Shown here: positions 19,235 to 29,408 of the stretch, piece by piece
Layout of the letters: the number at the start of each line of letters is the position of its first letter
Numbering within the stretch: the stretch's first letter is position 1
NCBI GenBank assembly: GCA_028700115.1
Contig: JAQVTI010000012.1
Location: forward strand, 1-30,890
Reading direction: 5' to 3'
DNA: 30,890 nt
DNA from: Candidatus Iainarchaeum sp.
GTDB lineage: Archaea > Iainarchaeota > Iainarchaeia > Iainarchaeales > CSSED10-239
The notes under the pieces: generated by a model
The model's database searches: none
Told to the model about the DNA's origin: nothing
Seen by the model: only the letters and a program-made list of their open reading frames with translations
Position numbers and translations under genes: made by a program

Positions 19235-19825
19235 TTATTTCCTAATTTCAAAAACAATTAATTTTTCAAAAAATAATTTTTTTTCAGCAACTTGAAAATA
19301 TTTTAAATTATTTTTAATAATATTTTTTTTAATATTATCTATATTATTTAGAGTAGAAACTAATAAATAACAATTTCCATTATCTTTTAAAAAAATATTT
19401 AAATTATTTATAAAATCCAAAATAATTTCACTACCATTTTTACCACCATCATCACAAATTATTGTTTTAGTATTAGATGGGACATATGGCGGATTAAAAA
19501 CAATTAAATCAAATTTTAAATTTTTATTAATATTAGAAAACAAATCAGAATAAATAATAGTAACATTTTCTAAATTATATTTAGTTATAAAACTTTTCAA
19601 ATAATTAATAACATTTAAATCAATATCTGCAAGAATTAAATTTTTTGAAAAATATGACAGAAAAAAACTTAAAATTCCACTACCTGGACCGATCTCTAAA
19701 ACATCCAAATAGGTTTTAGAAATTTTTTTTTTTAAAACTTCTAAAAATAAAAAAGAATCATCACTAGGTTCATAAATATTTTTAGGTAAAGATAAATAAA
19801 AATCTTTATAATTTAAATCATTCAT
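19235..19825 (-). CDS. HemK/PrmC-family protein methyltransferase
   Basis: IYEPSDDSFLFLEVL, DVLEIGPGSGILSFFL, DLIVFNPPYVPS (NPPY). Start adjusted to M19 of the listed ORF, which removes the overlap with the divergent TatD gene. Confidence 0.85.
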   Translation of the reverse strand: MNDLNYKDFYLSLPKNIYEPSDDSFLFLEVLKKKISKTYLDVLEIGPGSGILSFFLSYFSKNLILADIDLNVINYLKSFITKYNLENVTIIYSDLFSNINKNLKFDLIVFNPPYVPSNTKTIICDDGGKNGSEIILDFINNLNIFLKDNGNCYLLVSTLNNIDNIKKNIIKNNLKYFQVAEKKLFFEKLIVFEIRK

Positions 19826-19834
19826 ATAATATAT

Positions 19835-20581
19835 ATGAATGAAAATAAATATAACTATTTTCTTGATATACATTGTCATTATGAAGAAATAAATCCATTA
19901 TATTTAAAACAAAAGCTTAAAGAAAATAAAATAATTTCACTAACTGCAAGTACAAATATACAAACTTATGAAAATTTAGAAAAAATAAGACTTAAAAATA
20001 TACCAAATTTATATTTTGCATATGGATTACATCCAGATAATGTAATAAAAAAAGAAATAAATGATAATTTAAAAGATCTTGAAAAAATAGATTTCTCAAA
20101 ATCAATTGCAATTGGAGAGATTGGCTTAGATTATAAAATCACTAAAAATAAACAAAAAAAAGAAGAACAAAAAAAAATATTTGAAAAACAATTAGAATTT
20201 GCAAAAAAATTAAAAAAACCAGTTATTATTCATACAAGATATGCCACAAAACCAGTTTTAGAAATATTATCTTCATGGACAGATTTAAAAATTATTTTAC
20301 ATTGGTTTGGAGGAAATGAAACCGAAATTGATAAAGCTTTATCTAAAAATTATTATTTAACACAAAGATTTGCTTTTCCTGAAATTAAAAATATTAAAAA
20401 GCATTTTGATAAAATATTTATAGAAACTGATTTTCCTGTATCTTATAATGGAGAAAATACAAATATTGAAAGTGTTATAAAATCTTATGAAAAATTTTGT
20501 GAAAAATATGATATAGATTTAACACAAATAAAAAAAAGAACAATACAAAACTTTGAAAAATTATTTAAAATTAAATTGTGA
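19835..20581 (+). CDS. TatD-family metal-dependent hydrolase
   Basis: FLDIHCHYEE, AYGLHPDNV, AIGEIGLDY, KPVIIHTR, ILHWFGG, IFIETDFP. Confidence 0.85.
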   Translation: MNENKYNYFLDIHCHYEEINPLYLKQKLKENKIISLTASTNIQTYENLEKIRLKNIPNLYFAYGLHPDNVIKKEINDNLKDLEKIDFSKSIAIGEIGLDYKITKNKQKKEEQKKIFEKQLEFAKKLKKPVIIHTRYATKPVLEILSSWTDLKIILHWFGGNETEIDKALSKNYYLTQRFAFPEIKNIKKHFDKIFIETDFPVSYNGENTNIESVIKSYEKFCEKYDIDLTQIKKRTIQNFEKLFKIKL

Positions 20582-21218
20582 AATAAATATGGAAGAAGTA
20601 AAATACGAAAAAATTAAAATTAAATCAAATAAATTTAAAGAAAGTAAAGAACTTATATTTGCATGGATAGCTATATCTATTTGTTTTACTTTTGTTTTAG
20701 GGGATTTTAATATATTTAATAAAAATTTAATTTCTAATTTTAATTCAATTAATTTTTTTACATTATTAGGGATAAGCTTAATAGTTACAGGATCTTCTTT
20801 TATATTACATGAACTTGCACATAAATATACAGCAATATATTTTGGAGCAAAAGCACAATTTATGATGTGGAAAAAATCATTATTATTTTCTATAATTCTA
20901 GCATTTATATTAGGATTTGTTTTTGTTGCTCCTGGAGCAGTATATATTTTTGGTAAAAGACTTTCTTTAAAAGAAGACGGAATTGTATCTCTTGCTGGAC
21001 CAATTACAAATATATTAATAGGATTTATATTTGTATTACTTGCAATGTTTGGAATAACTGGTGCAGTAATATCATATGGAATATTCATTAATTTTTGGAT
21101 TGCATTTTTTAATTTAATCCCATTTGGACCATTAGATGGTAAAAAAATATTACAATGGAATCCAATTATATGGATTATTATGACAGCAGTTCCAGTATTA
21201 TTTTTATTTGTTTTATAA
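20553..21218 (+). CDS. Site-2 protease/M50-family membrane metalloprotease
   Basis: FILHELAHKYTAIYFGAKAQF, GIVSLAGPITNILIG, FFNLIPFGPLDGKKIL. The true start may be internal (M15, 20595). Confidence 0.85.
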   Translation: MKNYLKLNCEINMEEVKYEKIKIKSNKFKESKELIFAWIAISICFTFVLGDFNIFNKNLISNFNSINFFTLLGISLIVTGSSFILHELAHKYTAIYFGAKAQFMMWKKSLLFSIILAFILGFVFVAPGAVYIFGKRLSLKEDGIVSLAGPITNILIGFIFVLLAMFGITGAVISYGIFINFWIAFFNLIPFGPLDGKKILQWNPIIWIIMTAVPVLFLFVL

Positions 21219-22088
21219 AATAGAAATAATTTTATCTTTAGATATATATTTTATATCTAAAACTCTATTTTTTGCTTTAATTTCTCTTAATTTAAAATTT
21301 CCTGTTTCTAATTGCTTTAATTTTTCCAAAATATATTTATTATTAGAAGAATATAAAATATCTAAAATATAATCATCTGTTTTGTAAAAATCATCAAAAG
21401 TTATTAGATTTAAATCTAAAGCTTTTTTTAAAGAATCTACAAAAATAGAATATCTTGTTTTATGATTTGCATCACCCCAATGATTTTGAGAAAAATAAAT
21501 ATATATTTCTTTAAATTTTTTTGCAAGGCCATATGTTTTAAAAATAATACAGTCGTCTTTTAAAAAAATATTTTCTAAAAACATATTAATTTTATTTAAA
21601 TCTTTTTTTAAATAAAAAAATTCTCTTAAAGTATAATCAAATCTATCAAAATTAAGAAATCTATCTTTTCTTTTAATTATTTCAAATTTATCTTCAATAT
21701 TATAAAATTGTTTAATATCTATATTATATTCTTTTAAAATAGATTTAATTTCTTTATCATTATCTAAAAGAATTTTTAGATTATTATCATGAAAATTTTC
21801 TTCATAATTTTTAACTAAATAATCATATACATGAGAAAAAGCTGTATGAGCAAGATCATGAAAAATTGCAGCAATTTTATGTTCTAAACTTAAATTAAAT
21901 TTATAACACAAACATAAAACACCTAAAGTATGTTCAAATCTAGAAAAACCTAAATTATAATGTAACTTTGGAGGAAGCCCCATTTGCTCAATTTTCTTTA
22001 GTCTTAAAATACTTTTACAATTTAATATTTTTAAAATAATATCTTCATTAAATTCAAATTCACCATAGACTTTATCAACATATTTCAT
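21213..22088 (-). CDS. HD-domain phosphohydrolase
   Basis: GFSRFEHTLGVLCLCYKF...KIAAIFHDLAHTAFSHVYDYL, H...HD motif set of dNTPase/HD-family proteins. Confidence 0.82.
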   Translation of the reverse strand: MKYVDKVYGEFEFNEDIILKILNCKSILRLKKIEQMGLPPKLHYNLGFSRFEHTLGVLCLCYKFNLSLEHKIAAIFHDLAHTAFSHVYDYLVKNYEENFHDNNLKILLDNDKEIKSILKEYNIDIKQFYNIEDKFEIIKRKDRFLNFDRFDYTLREFFYLKKDLNKINMFLENIFLKDDCIIFKTYGLAKKFKEIYIYFSQNHWGDANHKTRYSIFVDSLKKALDLNLITFDDFYKTDDYILDILYSSNNKYILEKLKQLETGNFKLREIKAKNRVLDIKYISKDKIISIL

Positions 22089-22090
22089 AT

Positions 22091-24250
22091 CTAATGCACA
22101 TATTTAGATATCGCAGCATCATTTTTAAAAGAATTATATAAATCTTGAGAAGAATCTTTTATTTTAGATTTCATATTTTTTAAAATATTAATAACATGGT
22201 CTTCTAAAATATCTGTTTTTTTATAATTATTTTTTTTAAGTGCAAATAAAATAGAATCAGATATTAAAAGATTTAAATCTGCTCCAGTAAAATTTTCTGT
22301 AGATTCTACAATTTCTTTTATAAAATTTTTTGAAAGTTTATTAGGTGTTTTTTTAATTAATAAATTAATGATTTCTAATCTATCTTTTTTATTAGGAAGT
22401 TTAAATTCTAAAATTTTATCAATTCTTCCACTTCTTACAAAAGATTTATCAATTAAATCAGGTCTATTTGTTGCAGCTATAAAAATAATATCTTTATTAG
22501 AAATATTATCTAATTCCATTAATAATTGACCTAAAACTTTAGTATTATTTCCAGAATAATCTCCTTTATCTTGAGTAATAGAATCTATTTCATCAATAAA
22601 AAGAATACATGGAGAAACATCTTTTGCTTTTCTAAAAATATCTCTAATTGCTTTTTCTGATCCTCCAACCCATTTATCAAAAATTTCAGGACCTTTTATA
22701 TAAATATAATTTATTCCAAACTCTTTAGAAGCAGCATTAACTAAAAGAGTTTTACCAGTACCAGAAGGTCCATATAATAAAATTTTTTTTAAAGGAGTTC
22801 CATTCATTTCTTTTAATAAATCTTTTTTATTTAAAGAAAGATTAATAATATCTTTTAACATATCTTTTTGTTCACTTAAAGCCCCAACATCAGAAAAATT
22901 AATATTCGATGAATCTACAAAAACTTCTCTTAAAGCAGAAGCTTGTACAATTTTTAAAGCATTATCAAAATCATCTTTTGAAATTTTTAATTGTTCTAAA
23001 ATTTTTAAAGAAATTTCTTTTTTAGGAACAGAAATATCTGAAATAACTTTTTTAATTGCAAAAATTGCAGCTTCTTTTACAAGTGCTGATAAATCTGCTC
23101 CAACAAACCCATGAGTTACTTCTGAAAGACTTTTTAAATCAACATCTTTTTCTAAAGGAACATTTCTAGTATGAATTTTTAAAATATCTAATCTTGAAGA
23201 CTTACTAGGAACACCAATATCTATTTCTCTATCAAATCTTCCAGGTCTTCTTAATGCAGAATCAACATCTGATTGCCTATTTGTAGCTCCAATTACAATA
23301 ACATCTCCTCTAGAATCCATACCATCCATTAAAGCTAAAAGTTGTGCAACAACTCTTTTTTCAACTTCAGAAATAAGACTATCTCTTTTTGGGGCAATTG
23401 CATCAATTTCATCAATAAAAATAATACATGGAGCTTTATCTTGTGCTTGTTTAAAAATTTTTCTTAATCTTTCTTCAGCTTCACCTACATATTTAGCCAT
23501 AATTTGAGGGGCATCTAAAGATATAAAATTAACTTTAAGTTCATTAGATAATGCTTTTGCTAAAAGAGTTTTTCCTGTTCCAGGAGGTCCGTAAAGTAAA
23601 ATTCCTTTTGGAGAAGATACATTTAATTTTTCAAAAAATTCAGGATATTTAAAAGGAAGTTCAACCATTTCTCTAATTTTTTCAATTTCTGCTTTTAAAC
23701 CACCAACATCTTCATAACCTATAATTGTTTTTGAAGATATTTTTTTTGAAGGTTTTTTATTTAAAATTAATTTTGATTCTTCAGACAAAATTACAATTTT
23801 TTCTGGAATAGTAGAAGTTACTTCATAAAAATAACCAGCACCAAAAATACTTATAAGAATAGTATTTCCTGAAACAAAAGGTCTTCCTAAAAAATTTTTT
23901 TTAATTAACAAATCTGTATTTTCAGACAAAAGATTAACTTCTTTTATAGGAGTCAATATAATTTCATGCGCTATTTTTGGTTCAATTTTTTTAATAGTTA
24001 CAAAATCACCAATAGAAACTCCTGCATTTTGTCTTTGATATTGATCCATTCTAATTATATTTTCATCTCCAGATCTAATTTTATCTGGCCAAACTTGAGC
24101 CGCTGTAATTTTATCTCCTTTAATTTCTATTACATCTCCAGATATTAAATTTAATTTTTGTTTTATAGAAATATCTAATGTAATTATATTTTTTCCAATA
24201 TATTCTTCTCTTGCTTCTGCAACTTTTAATTTAATTAAATCTTGAGACAT
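22091..24250 (-). CDS. Cdc48/VCP-like AAA+ ATPase (VAT), two AAA modules
   Basis: Double-psi barrel N-domain, then GPPGTGKT...[10 protein letters not shown] and GPSGTGKT...[10 protein letters not shown], with SRH motifs [23 protein letters not shown] and [23 protein letters not shown]. Confidence 0.95.
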   Translation of the reverse strand: MSQDLIKLKVAEAREEYIGKNIITLDISIKQKLNLISGDVIEIKGDKITAAQVWPDKIRSGDENIIRMDQYQRQNAGVSIGDFVTIKKIEPKIAHEIILTPIKEVNLLSENTDLLIKKNFLGRPFVSGNTILISIFGAGYFYEVTSTIPEKIVILSEESKLILNKKPSKKISSKTIIGYEDVGGLKAEIEKIREMVELPFKYPEFFEKLNVSSPKGILLYGPPGTGKTLLAKALSNELKVNFISLDAPQIMAKYVGEAEERLRKIFKQAQDKAPCIIFIDEIDAIAPKRDSLISEVEKRVVAQLLALMDGMDSRGDVIVIGATNRQSDVDSALRRPGRFDREIDIGVPSKSSRLDILKIHTRNVPLEKDVDLKSLSEVTHGFVGADLSALVKEAAIFAIKKVISDISVPKKEISLKILEQLKISKDDFDNALKIVQASALREVFVDSSNINFSDVGALSEQKDMLKDIINLSLNKKDLLKEMNGTPLKKILLYGPSGTGKTLLVNAASKEFGINYIYIKGPEIFDKWVGGSEKAIRDIFRKAKDVSPCILFIDEIDSITQDKGDYSGNNTKVLGQLLMELDNISNKDIIFIAATNRPDLIDKSFVRSGRIDKILEFKLPNKKDRLEIINLLIKKTPNKLSKNFIKEIVESTENFTGADLNLLISDSILFALKKNNYKKTDILEDHVINILKNMKSKIKDSSQDLYNSFKNDAAISKYVH

Positions 24251-24336
24251 AAAAACACAATTTATAATTTATAAATATATTTTATATAAAAACCTTTTTA
24301 ATATAATTTAAAAAATAAAATTTATTTAAAAAAATA

Positions 24337-25134
24337 TTATACAATATTACAATCTCCAGGAGGAAGAATAGACTCAATTTCATCAATAGAAGCATTTATT
24401 TTTTTAGAAACTAAAATATCTCTTATTTGCTTAGAAATATCTGCTTTTTTTATATTCCCAGGGACAACTTTTATATAAAAATCATATTTTTTAAAATCTT
24501 TAGAAATTAAAGGAATTGCCATGACTCCATATTTTTTATCAAAAACAATATAAATTCCTATTTCAGATTTTCTAAAATATTCTCTTTTTCCAGAAATAAC
24601 AAAAGAACCAGTAGATAAAGATTCCCCTGTTTGAGCAGTTTTAGAAACTTGATTAGAAGAAACAGAATAAACATCTACTGAAAATATTTTAGACTTCCAA
24701 GCCGAAGAAAAACTTGCTGCAAAACAAGCTGCTTCTTTTTTATCAATAATAGGTACATCTTCAATTTGTGTTTTTAAAATAGTATGAGGGGCACCAAAAA
24801 TATCTGCATGAAAATAAACATCATTTTTATCCATATATTTTTTAATTAAAAGTTCATTATTTTTTGCATCCCTTCCAGCAATTACAAGAAAATTATTTGT
24901 TGTAAAAAACCATCTAAATTTAGAAAACCAAAATTTATTTTTTAAAACTCTTTTTGTAAAAACAATCTTACTAGAAATATCAATAATATCTTTATTTGTT
25001 TTCTCCAAAGAAGTTTTTATTTTATTATATGCTTTATCTAAACCTTCAACTTTAGATTTTAATTTATTTCTTAAAATATATTTATCTTCAGCATTTTTTC
25101 CTGCAGATAGCTTATAATTTATTTCTATTTCCAT
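24337..25134 (-). CDS. RqcH/Tae2-like protein containing only coiled-coil and NFACT-R (DUF814) regions
   Basis: KFWFSKFRWFFTTNNFLVIAGRDAKNNELLIKKYMDKNDVYFHADIFGAPHTILK...AACFAASFSSAWKSKIFSVDVYSVSSNQVSKTAQTGESLSTGSFVISGKREYF; 265 aa, no NFACT-N region. Confidence 0.85.
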   Translation of the reverse strand: MEIEINYKLSAGKNAEDKYILRNKLKSKVEGLDKAYNKIKTSLEKTNKDIIDISSKIVFTKRVLKNKFWFSKFRWFFTTNNFLVIAGRDAKNNELLIKKYMDKNDVYFHADIFGAPHTILKTQIEDVPIIDKKEAACFAASFSSAWKSKIFSVDVYSVSSNQVSKTAQTGESLSTGSFVISGKREYFRKSEIGIYIVFDKKYGVMAIPLISKDFKKYDFYIKVVPGNIKKADISKQIRDILVSKKINASIDEIESILPPGDCNIV

Positions 25135-25139
25135 AAAGA

Positions 25140-25676
25140 TTATTCACCAATATTTTCTTTTAATAAATCTATTAAAACATCTATTTCATTTTTATTTTTA
25201 TAAATTTCTCCAGATAAAAAAAAATTCGAATTATTTTTTATAATATCATAATAATTTGGGATATTTGAAATATATTTTTTTTTAATATTAATATGATGAG
25301 ATTCAATATTTTTAGATAAAAAAGTTACAGCAATATTATAATTTCCATCAGAAATAACTTCAGAACAATACATAACACTATTATCTTTTTTAATAATATC
25401 TAAAATTTTTTTAAAATTATCTTTATTATTTAAATCAATTTGGAAATAATTATTATTTTTCAAATTATATCCAATCTTTAAAGAATCTAAAAGAGGTCTA
25501 TAACCTGTAATAAATTTTTCTGATTCTAAAAAATCTATAGAAGATTTAATTGTAGCTCTATGAAAACCTGTAACTTTTTTAATTTGTCTAATATTTGGAA
25601 CAACACATCCTTTTAAAGTTAAAGAAGATAAAATTTTAACTCTTAAAGAATCATCTATTTTTTTAATAACAGCCAT
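25140..25676 (-). CDS. HTH transcriptional regulator, Lrp/AsnC-like
   Basis: IDDSLRVKILSSL...VVPNIRQIKKVTGFHRATIKSSIDFLESEKFITGYRPLLDSLKIGYN, followed by a C-terminal domain resembling RAM. Confidence 0.6.
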   Translation of the reverse strand: MAVIKKIDDSLRVKILSSLTLKGCVVPNIRQIKKVTGFHRATIKSSIDFLESEKFITGYRPLLDSLKIGYNLKNNNYFQIDLNNKDNFKKILDIIKKDNSVMYCSEVISDGNYNIAVTFLSKNIESHHINIKKKYISNIPNYYDIIKNNSNFFLSGEIYKNKNEIDVLIDLLKENIGE

Positions 25677-25743
25677 AATTATTCACAAATAAATAGGCTA
25701 TAAAACTTATTTTAAAACTTTTTATTATACAAAATGGAACATT

Positions 25744-26148
25744 TTATTTATTAAAAGTCTTTTTTATTAATAAAATCAACTTATCAAAAGAAGAAATTAT
25801 TAAAAAGGTAATAATATTTGATAAAATTATTTGATTAATAGTTAATTCTAAATCTATATTAATAAAAAAAGTAAAAATAAAATTAATAATCAAAGGCACA
25901 AAATATTTATACAAAAAAATATTTTTAGAAACAGTAACATAAATAAATTTATTTTTCACTATTTCAAAAACATAATATAAAATAAATATAAAAGGATAAA
26001 ATAAAAAGAAAGCAATATAATCAATAAATATCATTTGATTTAAAGGAATAAAATAATAGAATAATTATATATCATAAAAAAATATAATAGATCTCCACAA
26101 AATCAAAAAAATCGCAGAAAAACCTTCTTTAATTGAATCTGAATTCAT
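25744..26148 (-). pseudogene. Small multi-TM membrane protein; reading frame open from ATG at 26148 except for one in-frame TAA at 26065..26067
   Basis: In one frame: MNSDSIKEGFSAIFLILWRSIIFFYDI*LFYYFIPLNQMIFIDYIAFFLFYPFIFILYYVFEIVKNK... The ORF track lists only 25744..26034. Confidence 0.45.
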
Positions 26149-26227
26149 AATAATCACATTTATTTAAATTAAAAATACATAAAAAACATTAAAAATACTA
26201 CTTAAAATCATAAAAAAAAATAAAATA

Positions 26228-26251
26228 TTGGAAAAATACTTAATTTTCCAA
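26228..26251. repeat. Perfect 8-bp inverted repeat TTGGAAAA-ATACTTAA-TTTTCCAA
   Basis: Read directly from the sequence; located in the divergent intergenic region upstream of rpoK. Confidence 0.8.
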
Positions 26252-26339
26252 AAAAACTATATTTATAAGTATTTCTCATATTATAATATATTATAAACCT
26301 AATTTTATTTAATAAAATTAAATATAAATAAAGATAATT

Positions 26340-26546
26340 ATGGACGAAAAATTAACAAAATATGAAATAACTAGAATACTTTCAGCAAGAGCAGAACAAA
26401 TATCTTTTGGAGCCCCACCATTACTTAGAGCTACAAAAGAAGATACAGCTTATGGTCTTGCAGAAAAAGAATTTTTAAAAAAAACAATACCATTAGCAGT
26501 AATTAGAAATCATAATGGAATAAAGAAAATAATAAGTGTGAATTAA
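26340..26546 (+). CDS. rpoK: DNA-directed RNA polymerase subunit K
   Basis: LTKYEITRILSARAEQISFGAPPLL...YGLAEKEFLKKTIPLAVIRN, RpoK/Rpb6/omega family. Confidence 0.88.
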   Translation: MDEKLTKYEITRILSARAEQISFGAPPLLRATKEDTAYGLAEKEFLKKTIPLAVIRNHNGIKKIISVN

Positions 26547-26547
26547 T

Positions 26548-26817
26548 ATGGGAAAAGCAATGTCAAATAATATAAAAGCAAAAGCAAAAATCTTAATGAC
26601 AGAATTCAGATCAAATTTAGGAATAGATTTTGAACAAAATAAAAATTTTATAAAAAGAATAAATCTACCTTTATCTAAAAAGACAATAAATTTAATGTGT
26701 GGATATATTACAAGAACTATTAAAAAACAAGTAAAAGAAGAAGAAAAAACAAATTTAAATAAAGATAAAACAAAAACACCAATTAAGAAATTAAAAGATA
26801 CACAAATACATGTATAA
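26548..26817 (+). CDS. Ribosomal protein S17e
   Basis: NNIKAKAKILMTEFRSNLGIDFEQNKNFIKRINLPLSKKTINLMCGYITRTIKKQ matches the S17e pattern (FxxNK...SKKxRNxxAGYxTR). The start may be 26560. Confidence 0.85.
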   Translation: MGKAMSNNIKAKAKILMTEFRSNLGIDFEQNKNFIKRINLPLSKKTINLMCGYITRTIKKQVKEEEKTNLNKDKTKTPIKKLKDTQIHV

Positions 26818-26843
26818 ATTAAATTTCTTAAAATTTCTTTTTT

Positions 26844-27884
26844 TTAAAAAACCTTAAATTTTAAAACACCAATTATACCTGAAAAAGAATTTAAAGTTTT
26901 TGAAATATCTTCATGAGATAAATCTACAACATGCACTTTTGTTTTAGTTTTATCTGCATCAATTATTAGATTTTGGATAGAATCTATATTTTTCCTCCAA
27001 AAACTTTCTGAAATTAAAATAAAATCAATTATCCCTAATGTCATGTATTTATTAATATCATTATATCCATAAATAGCTTTATTACTAGACTTACCTAACT
27101 CTTCTTTAAATTTTTCAATCATTTCCTTTTCTTTAAAAATAATAGAATCTTTAAAAAATAAAGAAACTTCTTTTTTAGTAAAAAGTTCATTAATAGAAGA
27201 CTTAGATGTATTTTGTAAAGATACTTCTGAAATTCTTAATAAACTAGATTTAGATTTTAAAAATTTACTAAATCTAGACTTATAATGACCTGGACCTGCA
27301 ATAATAATAGGATTATTTTTAGATAAACAATTATAAACTTCTTCAAAAAAAGAAAAAGAATAATCTGATTTTTCAGAAAATCTTTTTCCACTTTTTCCAG
27401 AAGCAATCTTAGAAATAGATTTAACACCAATATCTGTAAGTTCAAAAATTTCTGCAAATTCATCATCAATTACAACTAAATTAATTTTATTAGTAATTTT
27501 AGAACTATTTTTAATTAAATTAATTTCATGATCAAAAAAATTCTTTTTTTCTAAAGAATATTTTTCATTAAGTTTAATTTCTAAAGTATGGAATTCGCCC
27601 TTAGGTGCAAGATCACTTGGAGATGAATTATTAATTATCCCTGTAAATCTTAAAGAATTTAAAAAAGAACTATATTCAATTTTATTAATTTCTAAACAAA
27701 CAAAAACAGGTTTTCTTTCAGAATTATTTGTATCTTCCTGCTTTTGACGTCTATAACTTTTTCCAGAAATTAAATCTTTTTCAAAAGAAATATTTTTTAA
27801 AACCCATAAATCTTCTATAGTTTGAGGGATAAACACTAATTTTTTTAATTTTTTATTTAATTCTAAAATATTCATATATATCAA
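26844..27884 (-). CDS. pelA: Pelota-family mRNA surveillance/ribosome rescue protein
   Basis: LNSLRFTGIINNSS...PKGEFHTLEI, FDHEINLIK, VVIDDEFAEIFEL, IIIAGPGHYKSRFSKFL, KAIYGYNDINKYMTLGIIDFILISE. Confidence 0.92.
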   Translation of the reverse strand: MIYMNILELNKKLKKLVFIPQTIEDLWVLKNISFEKDLISGKSYRRQKQEDTNNSERKPVFVCLEINKIEYSSFLNSLRFTGIINNSSPSDLAPKGEFHTLEIKLNEKYSLEKKNFFDHEINLIKNSSKITNKINLVVIDDEFAEIFELTDIGVKSISKIASGKSGKRFSEKSDYSFSFFEEVYNCLSKNNPIIIAGPGHYKSRFSKFLKSKSSLLRISEVSLQNTSKSSINELFTKKEVSLFFKDSIIFKEKEMIEKFKEELGKSSNKAIYGYNDINKYMTLGIIDFILISESFWRKNIDSIQNLIIDADKTKTKVHVVDLSHEDISKTLNSFSGIIGVLKFKVF

Positions 27885-29408
27885 TCATTTTTTTATAAGA
27901 CTATTAAACATATATTTAGGTTTTTTAATATCTAATAAATCTAAAATTGTTGGGGCTATATTTGCTAAACCTAAAGATTTTGTTTTCAATAAAGAATATT
28001 TTTTAGAAGAAACTAAAATAAAAAACACTTTATGTAAACTATGAGATGTATTGATAGTTCTATTTTCATTAACCATTTCATCACAATTACCGTGATCAGA
28101 AGTAATAATTAAAGTAGTATCTTCTAAATTAATTTTTGAAAAAATTTTACCAATACAAGAATCTATTTTTTCAATACCTTTAATAGTAGATAAAATATTT
28201 CCAGTATGCCCAACCATATCTCCATTAGCAAAATTTACAACAAATAAAGAATAATCTTTATTTAAATTTTTCAAAAGATTATTAGTAATTTTATCAACAG
28301 ACATTTCTGGTTTTAAATCATAGGTAGAAACCTTTGGGGAAGGTACTAAAATTCTATCTTCATTTTTAAAAGGTTTTTCAAAACCTTGATTAAAAAAATA
28401 TGTTACATGCGCATATTTTTCAGTTTCTGCAAGTCTTAATTGTTTTAAATTATTTTTAGAAATAATTTCTCCTAAAGAAATTTCTGAAAATTTAGGAGTA
28501 TACATTGGAAACACCTTTTTTAAAGAATCATCATAAGTTGTTAAACTTATAAAATTTAAATTAAAATTTTTAGTTTTAAACTCTTTAAAAGAATTATCTG
28601 TTAAAATTTTTGAAAACTCTCTTGCTCTATCACTTCTAAAATTATAAAAAATAACACAATCATTTTCTTTAATAATTCCATTTTTATCAAATAAAGTCGG
28701 CACTATAAATTCATCTGTAATATTTTTTTTATAACAATTTTTAACAAAAGAAGAAACATTTTCTTGAGAAAAATTATTTCCTAAAACTAAACAATCATAA
28801 ACTTGTTTTATTCTTTTCCATCTATTATCTCTATCCATTGCAAAAAATCTACCAGATATAGAAGCAATAGAAGTATTATCAATTAAATTAACTTTATGTA
28901 AATATATTTTCAAAAGAGAAATATATTTTAAAACTGACTTAGAATTAACATCTCTTCCATCAGAAAAAATATGAATATAAATATTTTTAAAATTCTTTGA
29001 TTTTAGAATATCTAAAAAAGCAAAAAGATGTGAAATATGAGAATGCACTCCACCATCACTTAAAAGACCAACTAAATGAACTGAAGAATTTTTATTAACA
29101 TGTTTTAATTTAGATAAAAGTATTTTATTTTTAAAAAACTTTTTAGACTTAATATCTTTATTTATTCTTAAAAGATCAGAATCAATTATTCTCCCAGCAC
29201 CAATTGTTTGATGTCCTACTTCAGAACCACCTATTTGACCTTTTGGAAGACCAACATAAGTTTCAGATGCTCCAAGATAGGTTTTAGGATAATTTTTTAA
29301 AAGAAAATCTATATTTGGTTTATTTGCTTTTAAAAAAGCATTTCCATCATAATTTTTATTTACCCCTATACCATCTAAAATTAATAAAACTACTTTTTTC
29401 ATAATCAA
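27885..29408 (-). CDS. gpmI: 2,3-bisphosphoglycerate-independent phosphoglycerate mutase (alkaline phosphatase superfamily)
   Basis: VVLLILDGIGVN, GASETYVGLPKGQIGGSEVGHQTIGAGR, IHIFSDGRDV, AMDRDNRWKR, NFRSDRAREFS, LIITSDHGNCDEM. Confidence 0.95.
   Translation of the reverse strand: MIMKKVVLLILDGIGVNKNYDGNAFLKANKPNIDFLLKNYPKTYLGASETYVGLPKGQIGGSEVGHQTIGAGRIIDSDLLRINKDIKSKKFFKNKILLSKLKHVNKNSSVHLVGLLSDGGVHSHISHLFAFLDILKSKNFKNIYIHIFSDGRDVNSKSVLKYISLLKIYLHKVNLIDNTSIASISGRFFAMDRDNRWKRIKQVYDCLVLGNNFSQENVSSFVKNCYKKNITDEFIVPTLFDKNGIIKENDCVIFYNFRSDRAREFSKILTDNSFKEFKTKNFNLNFISLTTYDDSLKKVFPMYTPKFSEISLGEIISKNNLKQLRLAETEKYAHVTYFFNQGFEKPFKNEDRILVPSPKVSTYDLKPEMSVDKITNNLLKNLNKDYSLFVVNFANGDMVGHTGNILSTIKGIEKIDSCIGKIFSKINLEDTTLIITSDHGNCDEMVNENRTINTSHSLHKVFFILVSSKKYSLLKTKSLGLANIAPTILDLLDIKKPKYMFNSLIKK

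Noticed and set aside
20561-21088. 175 aa minus-strand ORF opposite the M50 protease
   Set aside because: The plus frame has unmistakable HELAH and NLIPFGPLDG motifs; the antisense ORF has none.
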